A stretch of DNA of 64,000 nt, taken from Candidatus Altiarchaeota archaeon. Its GTDB lineage: Archaea; Altiarchaeota; Altiarchaeia; IMC4; SCGC-AAA252-I15. The DNA is taken from the NCBI GenBank assembly GCA_028712125.1, contig JAQTQS010000001.1, forward strand, positions 3,526 through 67,525, in the 5' to 3' direction. The translations under genes were made by a program, and so were the position numbers. This document shows, one piece after another, positions 1 to 8,500 of this stretch (positions are counted from its first letter, which is position 1; every line of letters begins with the position of its first letter). Below the pieces are notes generated by a model, which saw only the letters and a list, made by a program, of their open reading frames with translations, made no database searches and was not told where the DNA came from.

Positions 1-2
1 TC

Positions 3-365
3 GCGGCCGGCCTTGCGCCGAAGCTGTGCGTCTATGACGGACTGATACAGCGCAGGATTGTGGCGATACCTGCGGAAATCAGCGGTTTCGACGCGACTGA
101 GATTAAGGTCGCGAACAAGCCGGGGACGCTCTCGGACGAGGCGTTTTCGGCCGTTAAGCGGGCTCTTTCGTCGGAAGGCCGTTTCAGGATTTTGGTCGAC
201 GGGGAGGAGGACCTGCTGGCGCTGGCTGCGATAATCCATGCCCCAGAGGGAGCAGTGGTCTTGTACGGCCAGCCGAACGAGGGCCTTGTCGGGGTCCTTG
301 TTGACGGTAGGAGCATTGGCAACGCGCGTTCACTAGTTGATGAGATGGTTGAAAATGGATGTTGA
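3..365 (+). CDS. DUF359 family GTP-dependent dephospho-CoA kinase (5'-partial)
   Basis: Frame open from the window start; motifs VxNxPGTLS, VDGEEDLLALAA and VLYGQPNEGLV; usual position upstream of rps24e. Confidence 0.9.
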   Translation, partial: AAGLAPKLCVYDGLIQRRIVAIPAEISGFDATEIKVANKPGTLSDEAFSAVKRALSSEGRFRILVDGEEDLLALAAIIHAPEGAVVLYGQPNEGLVGVLVDGRSIGNARSLVDEMVENGC

Positions 366-690
366 GATAATAAGCCAGCGGGATAACAGCCTGTTGGAGC
401 GCAAGGAAGTGAGGTTTAGGGTATCCTATCCCGGAGCCGGTGTTCCGGAGAGGCAGGAGGTGCGTAGCAAGCTTATAGCGGTCTTGGACGCGAGCAAGGA
501 TTTGACCGTGCTGGACCACCTGAAGCCGGAATACGGACGCAACTCCGCGGTAGGTTATGTCAAGATCTACGCGAACGCTGACGCCATGAAGGCCGAGCCC
601 GCCTACATGAACAAGCGGAATTTCGCCCCGAAGGAGAAGAAGGCTGCTGCCGAATCCGCGCCTGTAGCTGAAAAGAAGGAGGGCAAGTAG
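355..690 (+). CDS. rps24e: 30S ribosomal protein S24e
   Basis: [21 protein letters not shown]...[13 protein letters not shown]; ATG at 355. Confidence 0.95.
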   Translation: MDVEIISQRDNSLLERKEVRFRVSYPGAGVPERQEVRSKLIAVLDASKDLTVLDHLKPEYGRNSAVGYVKIYANADAMKAEPAYMNKRNFAPKEKKAAAESAPVAEKKEGK

Positions 691-692
691 AG

Positions 693-1001
693 ATGGCCAA
701 GGATGTTAAGGACTCTAAGGACGCCAAGAAGAAGCCGGCTTTGGGCAGGGGCAAGTGGGACTTGTATGACACTTCTAAGGAGCTGAAGCGGGAGCGCAAG
801 TCGTGCCCGAAATGCGGGAGCGGCGTGTTCATGGCCCAGCATGAGGACAGGGTGTCCTGCGGAAGATGCGGCTATACCGAGTTCACGAAGGAGAAGCTGA
901 TTAAGATATTCCCAGAGCACCACAAGAAGGAGAAGCCGAAGGAGGAGAAGAAGGAAGCTCCAAAGGCAGTGGAAGAAGCTCCGGCGCCGAAGAAGAAGTG
1001 A
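693..1001 (+). CDS. rps27ae: 30S ribosomal protein S27ae
   Basis: [27 protein letters not shown] zinc ribbon; follows rps24e. Confidence 0.95.
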   Translation: MAKDVKDSKDAKKKPALGRGKWDLYDTSKELKRERKSCPKCGSGVFMAQHEDRVSCGRCGYTEFTKEKLIKIFPEHHKKEKPKEEKKEAPKAVEEAPAPKKK

Positions 1002-1093
1002 GCGCTTGTCGCAGGGGTTTTGCATCCAGTTTTCTTTTTATCTGGCCTCTGCGGCCGACTTTATTTAAATCCTTGTAGGCTAATTATTCTGTC

Positions 1094-1645
1094 ATGAGGG
1101 TGGTGGGCGTTGATTTGGCCGGCTGCAGCAGGAACGAGACGGGTGTCTGCGTTCTTACTGTTGAAGGCAGTCGCAAGCATGTTGCGACGCGCCTGTTGCT
1201 TGAGGATGCTGAGATTCTATCGGCGATAGAGGAGTCAAAGCCAGACCTTGCTGGAATCGACGCCCCGCTGACGTATGCGGGGGTCAGGAGGGATTGCGAC
1301 GAGCTTCTTCGCGAGTATGGCGCTCTGCCTGCGACTCTGCCCGGGATGGAGACGCTCGCAAGGAGGGGCTGTATTATCGCAAAGGAGCTTGCTTTGCGAA
1401 AGGTGCCGTTTATAGAGGTTTACTCAAAGGCCAGCGCGAAGATACTGGGCGTTTACAGCAAGGACGAGTTCTCGATGCAGAAGAGCATGATGGCGCTTGA
1501 CTTGGACGGGGACATCAACACGAGGCTGCTTACACGGGACGAGCTTGACGCCGTCAGCGCGGCAATGACGGCTTATCTGCACCTGCTCGGCCGTACGTCC
1601 CTTGTCGGCGGCGAGGGCGGGTCGATTGCGATACCGTCTGTTTAG
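1094..1645 (+). CDS. DUF429 family protein (predicted RNase H-like nuclease)
   Basis: VGVDLA...GIDAPL...IEVY...DELDAVSAA motifs. Confidence 0.8.
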   Translation: MRVVGVDLAGCSRNETGVCVLTVEGSRKHVATRLLLEDAEILSAIEESKPDLAGIDAPLTYAGVRRDCDELLREYGALPATLPGMETLARRGCIIAKELALRKVPFIEVYSKASAKILGVYSKDEFSMQKSMMALDLDGDINTRLLTRDELDAVSAAMTAYLHLLGRTSLVGGEGGSIAIPSV

Positions 1646-1680
1646 GTTATTACCCATGTTTCTCATATTTGTAATCTAAT

Positions 1681-2196
1681 ATGAAGGTCGTAGTTTTGCG
1701 TCTGGGGCACAGGTATGGCAGGGACAAGCGTTTGAGCACCCATGTCGCCTTGACCGCGCGGGCTTTTGGCGCGAAGGAGGTTGTCTTTGACGCTGTTGAC
1801 CGCGAGGTCGAGGAGAGTATCAATGCTGTCAGCTCGTCATGGGGCGGGTCCTTCAAGGTGTCGTTCACCGACGGCTGGAAGAAGTACGTGAAAAATTTCA
1901 AGGGCGACATAGTACATTTGACGATGTACGGGCTTCCTGTGGGCAAGGTCGTCGGGAAATTGAGGAAGTCCAGGAAGGACAAGCTTGTCATCGTGGGCAG
2001 CCAGAAGGTGCCTTCCGAGGTCTACCAGATGGCGTCATACAACGCGGCCGTCGGGAGCCAGCCGCACTCGGAGGTCGCGGCCTTGGCTGTTTTTTTAGAC
2101 CGGTTGTTCGCCGGCAGACAGCTTATGAAGAGGTTTGGTGGCAGGATTGAGATTGTCCCGCAGGCTCGCGGTAAGAGGATGGTTGAGAATCGTTGA
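1681..2196 (+). CDS. trm56: tRNA (cytidine(56)-2'-O)-methyltransferase aTrm56
   Basis: VLRLGHR..RDKR..THVALTARAFGA, HLTMYG, VGSQPHSEVAALAVFLDRL. Confidence 0.95.
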   Translation: MKVVVLRLGHRYGRDKRLSTHVALTARAFGAKEVVFDAVDREVEESINAVSSSWGGSFKVSFTDGWKKYVKNFKGDIVHLTMYGLPVGKVVGKLRKSRKDKLVIVGSQKVPSEVYQMASYNAAVGSQPHSEVAALAVFLDRLFAGRQLMKRFGGRIEIVPQARGKRMVENR

Positions 2197-2206
2197 TTTC
2201 CAGTTA

Positions 2207-5200
2207 CTATCTTTCTTCTTCCAGGGCTGTGAGGAAGTCTTCCCTTTCCGGGGCCCTGTGGCCGCCGCCTTCCAGTATGGCATCTTTCAGCCCCCGGTCT
2301 TTGTCGCGCCTGTCGCGGATTTCGTCTGCGGACATGCCCCGGTCCATCATTGACTGCTCGCCCTGTGTGGCGCTTCGGGTTGTTGCCTCTATTGCGCCGT
2401 CGCGCATGCTGGATAGCTCGTCTTTAGTGTAATTCTGGCTCATGCCGTGGGCCGGGTCGCTGCTCATCCTTACCATGCGGTCCATCTGGTCGTCTGTCAT
2501 GTTAGCGAGCTCGCCCCGCGTCTGGATGCCCGCCTTCTCAAGGTCTTTGGCTGTGTCCTCTGTCATCCCATGGTGGATAGTCCCGTTCCTGTCGGCCCAG
2601 TCTACCGGGTTTTTCTCCTTCTCAGCGCTTGCAGCCTCTAATGCCGCGTTTCTATCGCCCCCGGTCTCGTATTGAGCCAATTGGCGGTCGGTCTCGGCCT
2701 TGTTGCCGTCGGTCTTGGCGTCTTCCCTTAGGCTCTTGTTCGCCAGGCTCTTGTCCTCGAACTTTTCCCCATAATCGCCCGTGCTGTATGTCTTGTCTAT
2801 GCCGTCCCTTACTTTGTCGAAGTGGTCATTTGACTTTTCAAGCATATCGCCCGTCTGGGTCTGCATTCCTAGGTCTCTCTTCAGCTGTTGTTCCCAGCCC
2901 GGTTGTGTAGTGTCTATGCCTGCGATATATGCAAGCTCCTTTTTGTCGCCGTCTTTTAGCTTGTCGAAGCCCTCGCCTTTATTGTCTATGACATTATTTA
3001 TTTTATTTCGCGAGCGCTCTGATTCACGCCGCGATCGCGCGCCACCGCCCCGTTTCTCTAGGGCCGCGACCTGCGAGTCCGTGAGATTTAATGCCTTCTG
3101 CGCCGCCCTGCGGGCTAGGGAGCCTATCAATGCCCTGTTCTTCCCGACCGGGCCGCCGCTTTGGAACTGGCCTTTGCCTTTCAACTTGTCGGTGTAGCGG
3201 CCGAATTCCTGGTCGCCTAGGGCCTTGTGTACTGCCGCTCTTGCCGCATGTTGTACGCCGGTCTTGATGGCCTGTCCGAGGCCTTTCCGGCTTTCGATGC
3301 GCGAGAGGGCGCTCACGCTTCGCCCCATTGCCGTGCGTTTCATCATGTCCCATGCGGCTTTGGCTGTTGTTTGCACCTTGCGCAGGGCCGCGCCGCGGCC
3401 GGTCTTGGATGCGAGTAATCCGCCTGCCGCAAGTGTGGCCGCTGCTGCGGTGGCTGGCATTAGCAGGCTCAGTCCCGCGCCAGCCGCAAGCGCAAGAGCG
3501 CCGATTCCTAGGGTCTTGCCTACGCCTTTAATGGATAGATTTTTAGCTCCCTGCCATGCCTTGCCTATGGCTGCTTTGCTGGCCTGCAGGCCGCTTTGGA
3601 CTGCCATCTTCCCGCCGGCATATGCGGCTCCGGCAAGGGCGCCGATGGACCTGCCTTTCGCCATCAATGCGGCCGGTAGGGAGCTTATTTTATCGCCGAT
3701 GGACTTGCCAAGCCCCTGGAACATGTCGCGCCCGGTAATCAGGCCTCCGGTCGCCTTTTCCATGACCTTGCCCAATGCCTTTCCGATGGAGACCTTTGCG
3801 GCGAATCTCAGGCCCTTGGCCATGAGGCCTCCGATTTTTCTCCCGAATCCGGCCTTAAGCCCTATGCCGAGCGCGCGGCCTAACTGGCCTCTCAACAGGG
3901 CTTTTCCTGCGACCCTGCCGGTACGTCCTAAGAGGCTCCATCTTCCTGCTACTGCGCTCGGGCTGAACGGGGAGACAGCCGACTTCATCAGTGACCCGCC
4001 GCCCATAAAGCCTTTTCCGACGCTGGAAAGGCCGCGTTTGCCCATCCCGTATGCCATGGACCCGAACGCGCCCGCTCTCCCCCTGCCGGAAATTTTAGCT
4101 GATGCGTAATCGCCCAAGGCCTTGCCTAAGCCGATACTAGCCGCACCCCGTGTTAAGGCCGAACTGCCCATCATGCCGAACATCATGCCCCTGCCGGTTC
4201 CTCCGGCCATTCCTGACGCCATGGATGCGGCCCGGGATACTGTTTTTGCAATGCCGCTGAACGGCCGCTTGACTGCTTCGACGAAACCCGCCTTCCCGCC
4301 GAACACCGCCGCGCCCATAAGGGCTTTCCCGCCCTTCAGCATCTTGCTGGCTGAGAATTTGGCTGCGGCCATTGACATTGCCGACGCCCCCTTTCCCTGC
4401 ATCAGGCTTCCGGCGGCGACCATTGCCGTGCCCCAGAAGCCAGGTACGAACTGGCCGGCGGATGTGATTATGCCGCCGATGACGTTGAGCATTCCTGACA
4501 GCGCGAGCGGTGAGAAGCTTACCATCATTGACATGAGGATGAGCAGGAAGAGGCTGCTGAAATAGTTGCTGGATGACCGGGTGTATGGCAGCAGCGCCAA
4601 TGCGCAGGCCAGCCACATCGCCATTATGAAGGGGGTGAAGATGAATATGAATGTGGCCTTGAACATCTTCCTTCCGGCGTTCCTTGTGAACTCGAACATG
4701 TAAAGGCTGACTGTGAGGGGGAATATTATGCCGAGGAATGTCGTTGCTGTGTACCTGAACATCGCGACCATTATGGCGAGAATCCAGAATACCGCGGTTA
4801 GTGCAAGCACGATAATCGCCATCATGACCTTGGGCATGTCGAATGCGCGAAGCATGTCCTCGTTCGGCGGCCATAAGTCGGGGAAGGGCATGATGTTGTG
4901 CGTGAATGCGAAGATTAGCCTGTCACGTATGGTGCCCGCGCCCGGTATGATGGACACGTCTATGACGTTGAGCACGCCGTCTGTCAATGAGCCGCCAACT
5001 ATCAGGAGCACTTGGTACACTATCGGCGAGAGGCTTGCCAGTACCATCCCGATAAGCAGCTTGAGGAGCATCTGCTTGGCCCTTGCCCGGTGCGGCGGGC
5101 TGTTGGCCATGAACACAAGGTAGGCCCCCAGGAAGACGAGTGCGAGGAGGAACATGGGGTACATTATGGCGAGGAACAGGCGTATCATGTTTGTGAGTGC

Positions 5201-5515
5201 GTCGGCCCGGACTCCTGCGGCCGGAAGCATGCATATTCCATTGTAGACTGAGGTGAATCCGGGAGCTTCGAACGTTGGGTTTATGAGGAGGGCGCAGAAC
5301 AGCGATGAAACCAGGAATCCGTTGATTACCTTGATTATGGCAAGGGCTATCCATGCGAATATGACGCCCATGAACCCGATTACTGCGGATAGCAGGAGGC
5401 CCACGTATGTCGTCCATGGCAGTGCGAGCACCGTGGGCGGCAGGACTGATATGACGAACAACAATGTTAAGGCTAATGCTATGAACCGCCTTCCATTGCA
5501 ACCCTTTATTTTCAT
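2207..5515 (-). CDS. Large polytopic membrane protein: VirB6/TrbL/CedA-like N-terminus, Gly/Ala/Lys-rich linker, charged C-terminus with HhH-like motif
   Basis: ATG at 5515 overlaps the upstream stop (ATGA); many hydrophobic segments in the first ~380 aa; GA-rich linker; HGMTEDTAKDLEKAGIQTRGELANMT near the end. Confidence 0.6.
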   Translation of the reverse strand: MKIKGCNGRRFIALALTLLFVISVLPPTVLALPWTTYVGLLLSAVIGFMGVIFAWIALAIIKVINGFLVSSLFCALLINPTFEAPGFTSVYNGICMLPAAGVRADALTNMIRLFLAIMYPMFLLALVFLGAYLVFMANSPPHRARAKQMLLKLLIGMVLASLSPIVYQVLLIVGGSLTDGVLNVIDVSIIPGAGTIRDRLIFAFTHNIMPFPDLWPPNEDMLRAFDMPKVMMAIIVLALTAVFWILAIMVAMFRYTATTFLGIIFPLTVSLYMFEFTRNAGRKMFKATFIFIFTPFIMAMWLACALALLPYTRSSSNYFSSLFLLILMSMMVSFSPLALSGMLNVIGGIITSAGQFVPGFWGTAMVAAGSLMQGKGASAMSMAAAKFSASKMLKGGKALMGAAVFGGKAGFVEAVKRPFSGIAKTVSRAASMASGMAGGTGRGMMFGMMGSSALTRGAASIGLGKALGDYASAKISGRGRAGAFGSMAYGMGKRGLSSVGKGFMGGGSLMKSAVSPFSPSAVAGRWSLLGRTGRVAGKALLRGQLGRALGIGLKAGFGRKIGGLMAKGLRFAAKVSIGKALGKVMEKATGGLITGRDMFQGLGKSIGDKISSLPAALMAKGRSIGALAGAAYAGGKMAVQSGLQASKAAIGKAWQGAKNLSIKGVGKTLGIGALALAAGAGLSLLMPATAAAATLAAGGLLASKTGRGAALRKVQTTAKAAWDMMKRTAMGRSVSALSRIESRKGLGQAIKTGVQHAARAAVHKALGDQEFGRYTDKLKGKGQFQSGGPVGKNRALIGSLARRAAQKALNLTDSQVAALEKRGGGARSRRESERSRNKINNVIDNKGEGFDKLKDGDKKELAYIAGIDTTQPGWEQQLKRDLGMQTQTGDMLEKSNDHFDKVRDGIDKTYSTGDYGEKFEDKSLANKSLREDAKTDGNKAETDRQLAQYETGGDRNAALEAASAEKEKNPVDWADRNGTIHHGMTEDTAKDLEKAGIQTRGELANMTDDQMDRMVRMSSDPAHGMSQNYTKDELSSMRDGAIEATTRSATQGEQSMMDRGMSADEIRDRRDKDRGLKDAILEGGGHRAPEREDFLTALEEER

Positions 5516-8500
5516 TTCTTCCCTTTCCACTCGTCCCACATGTCCTGGAAGTCCATCCGTCTGGCCTCGAAGAATCTGTAGGACATCAGGGCTAGGAACA
5601 CTACAATTATGACCCATGCATTCTCTAGCAGGTAGTCTAGGAAGTTCTTGTAAGCGACCTCGATTTCAAGCTCCTTTAAGGAGGTTTGGTAGCCGGCTTG
5701 CCCAGATGCCGGGCCGTATCCGAAGTAGTCTGCATTGAAGGTTATGCGCCTGCTTCGCTTTTCAATACAGGTCGGTGCCCGTATTATCTGCCCTATCGAG
5801 TATATGCCGGAATATTGGGTGTAGGGGAAGTTGAAGTCTAACTTATACCGTCCCATGCGGAGTTCGCTTCCATCGCATTGGTCTGTTCCAGTGACCCTGA
5901 AGCAGATGTGGGTGGGGGTTTCACTTACCGGCTCGACATCCAGTTCGACTGGGTGTCGCATGTACACGTTCTTCCAGACCGAGCCGACCGCCTCTGTAAT
6001 GTGGTCGTTGCCGCAGCTTAATGCCTGGCCGTCTTCAGTCCTGAACGGGTGTATTTCTATGTGCCTGAAGTCGCTGTATATCCGTAGGATTGAGTCCTCG
6101 AACTTCTCGGACTCTATGCTCTGTGTGCTGAAATTAAGCGTGTAGAGCTTTGTTTGGGGGCTGAATGCTATCTTGGAGGAGATGGCACTCTCCTCTTCGG
6201 CAACCTTTTTAAACTCGAATGTCTCGCTGCCCGAAGCCTGTTTTCCGCCCATGCTCGTTTCGGATTCTTGCAGGTCTTTCGGCTGGGAGTAGAAGCCCAC
6301 AAGGTCCCAGTATTTGGCTTCATCCTCGTGGAAGTTCCTGAACAGCCCGACCTGCTCCTTGGACGGGTCTTTGAACCATGTCCCGTCGTCGCATGTGAGC
6401 TGCACGTCCCAGCTGTAAGGCTCTCCTATAGCCATGAAGAATGTCCGCGTCTTGCCGTTCTTTTCCTGGATTCTGCCTTGTGTCCCGTAGTAGTATTTCT
6501 TGAAGGGGTTTATCATGTAGTGCCAGTAGTCTTCTGACCCTCCCTTGCATGGTTTGAGGAAAAGCATGTCCTGCATCTTGCTGTTTATCGTTATCACCTC
6601 TTTTGATATCGTCGAGTCGAGTATGTAGAGCTCGTGGATTGGCGGGTAATCCTTGGCTATGAAGTTCACCATTGTGGAATCCGGGACTACCATGTCAAAT
6701 CCGCCAATCAGGTCGTTTTGTCGGAGGTCAATAGAGCCTATGCGCAACGAGCCATTAACGCGGTATCTGCGATAGTCTGCGTCGCTTGGAGAGCCACCCC
6801 AGTTGTAGTCGATGAACCCGTACACATTCACGAATGCGTGAGAGCCGGGATTGCCCAGCGGACGGCTTGTTTCAAGGTGGCCGCCGTAGGGTTTGGCATA
6901 AACCGAGGAGGTGTCGTTGATTTCCTCAAGCGCGTCGGGTCTGGCTTGCTGAAAGCCGCCTAACGGGTCTTCGCTAGATACGGGGTAAGCACAGGGATTG
7001 TGAGTCCACGCACCCCAGCAATGGATGCACCCCCTCCACCGGTAAATTACCTGGCAATTGACGACTATTGGACCAGTTGGTGTGTTGTGAACCTCAGTGC
7101 CCAAATCCAGCGGATAGTTACAATTTTCCCATAGTATGCAGGTTCCGTTGGGATAGTACCCTGACGGGCAGCATGGGTAAGTACCTACCTCGCACTCCCC
7201 GCAGGGACTATCGCAATCCTTGTAATAAAAACCATTCATGGGAAATTCACCGTCATCACATAGTTTATAATAATCTATCCAATGGCAGTATTGGTATGCG
7301 TTACATCCGTACCAAAAGCATTCCTGGGCTAGCGGCTGTCGGATTATTGTATGGAGGGCCGAATAATTCATTGTAATTTGGAATGATGTGGTTTGGTCAT
7401 TCAGATTGTGAGTAAGCACACTCGCCCCAACATGCAAAAAGTTCCAAGGGGCTTCAAGCGGCAGGACGTTCGGCCCGGCTGGCATCTTGCCATTTGCGCC
7501 GGCGCCGCTGTTTTCGGATATCATATAGTCGAACCATGCAAGAACCGGATATGAGAGGTACTCAGGTTTCATTAACAGCTTCCTGCAGGACTTGCCGCAT
7601 GATTCTGGCGGTTCGGGGGTCTTCCCATCAGGATTTTGCAGTGCTCCATCGCAAACCCAGTATGGGTTTTCGCCGCTCTGGGGAGCTATACGATTCGTCC
7701 AATCGCCCGGACCGGTAAGGGTTGCGTAATTCGGGTAACAGTTGCAGCCTTCCAGGTTGCTGCACCAGTAATGCTGCGGCGTCCAGACATTACAACCGGT
7801 TGCACCATCAGGATTAGGGCCTGTTTGAGACCAGATATCATCGACAATGACATCCTCTCTGACCCGGTCGTTCCCAAGGTTCTTCGACTCGTCCCAGATG
7901 CCGCCTTGGTCGCGCATATAGTCCCATGCGTAGGGACATATCTGTGTGTTAAAGTATGAGCCGAAATCAGGATCTGAACTCATCCAACCGCCATCGTCAC
8001 AACCGCTTCCGATAAATTTCTGGCAGTACTCGGTGGCAGTGTATGTTCCTCCTGCTTCGGTCTCGTTCGGGAGGTTTCCTCCTGCTGCAAAGTGGAACCA
8101 TATGGGTCCGCCGCCGCGTTCTTTAACGCCGGACAGCGCATTCCCGCGCGTACGGGTGTAGATGGTTGCATCCTTTTGGATTACGGGAGTTCCCGGCGCC
8201 GGAACGCACTCTATCCCGTTCCACAAGAGGGCATCTGCCGGACAGCAAGCCTTGTTCCAGTTTCCGCATCCGCCAAAGCAGTGGACATAGGGATTTGCTG
8301 TACAATTCAGGCCAGGCATGCATTCGTCGTTGTTCCGGCAGCCGCCTTCAGCCTTGCCGCAACGGCAGTCATTCCCCCACCGGTTGCCGTTCTGTATCTT
8401 GTATCGGCAGTAGTCGTTATGGTGTATCTCCCTCTGATATACGCCGCACGTCTGGCAGCATCCGGCTGACGTATCCCAGGTGGTGCCGTCCTCGCAGCAG

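Noticed and set aside
693-1001. Lys/Glu/Pro-rich extensions on S27ae and S24e
   Set aside because: Low-complexity tails on archaeal ribosomal proteins are common
3225-4565. Long + strand ORFs (294 and 147 aa)
   Set aside because: Antisense shadows of the Gly/Ala-rich minus-strand gene
5516-5617. N-terminal extension of the 1136-aa ORF
   Set aside because: Overlaps the upstream gene; ATG at 5515 with ATGA coupling is more plausible
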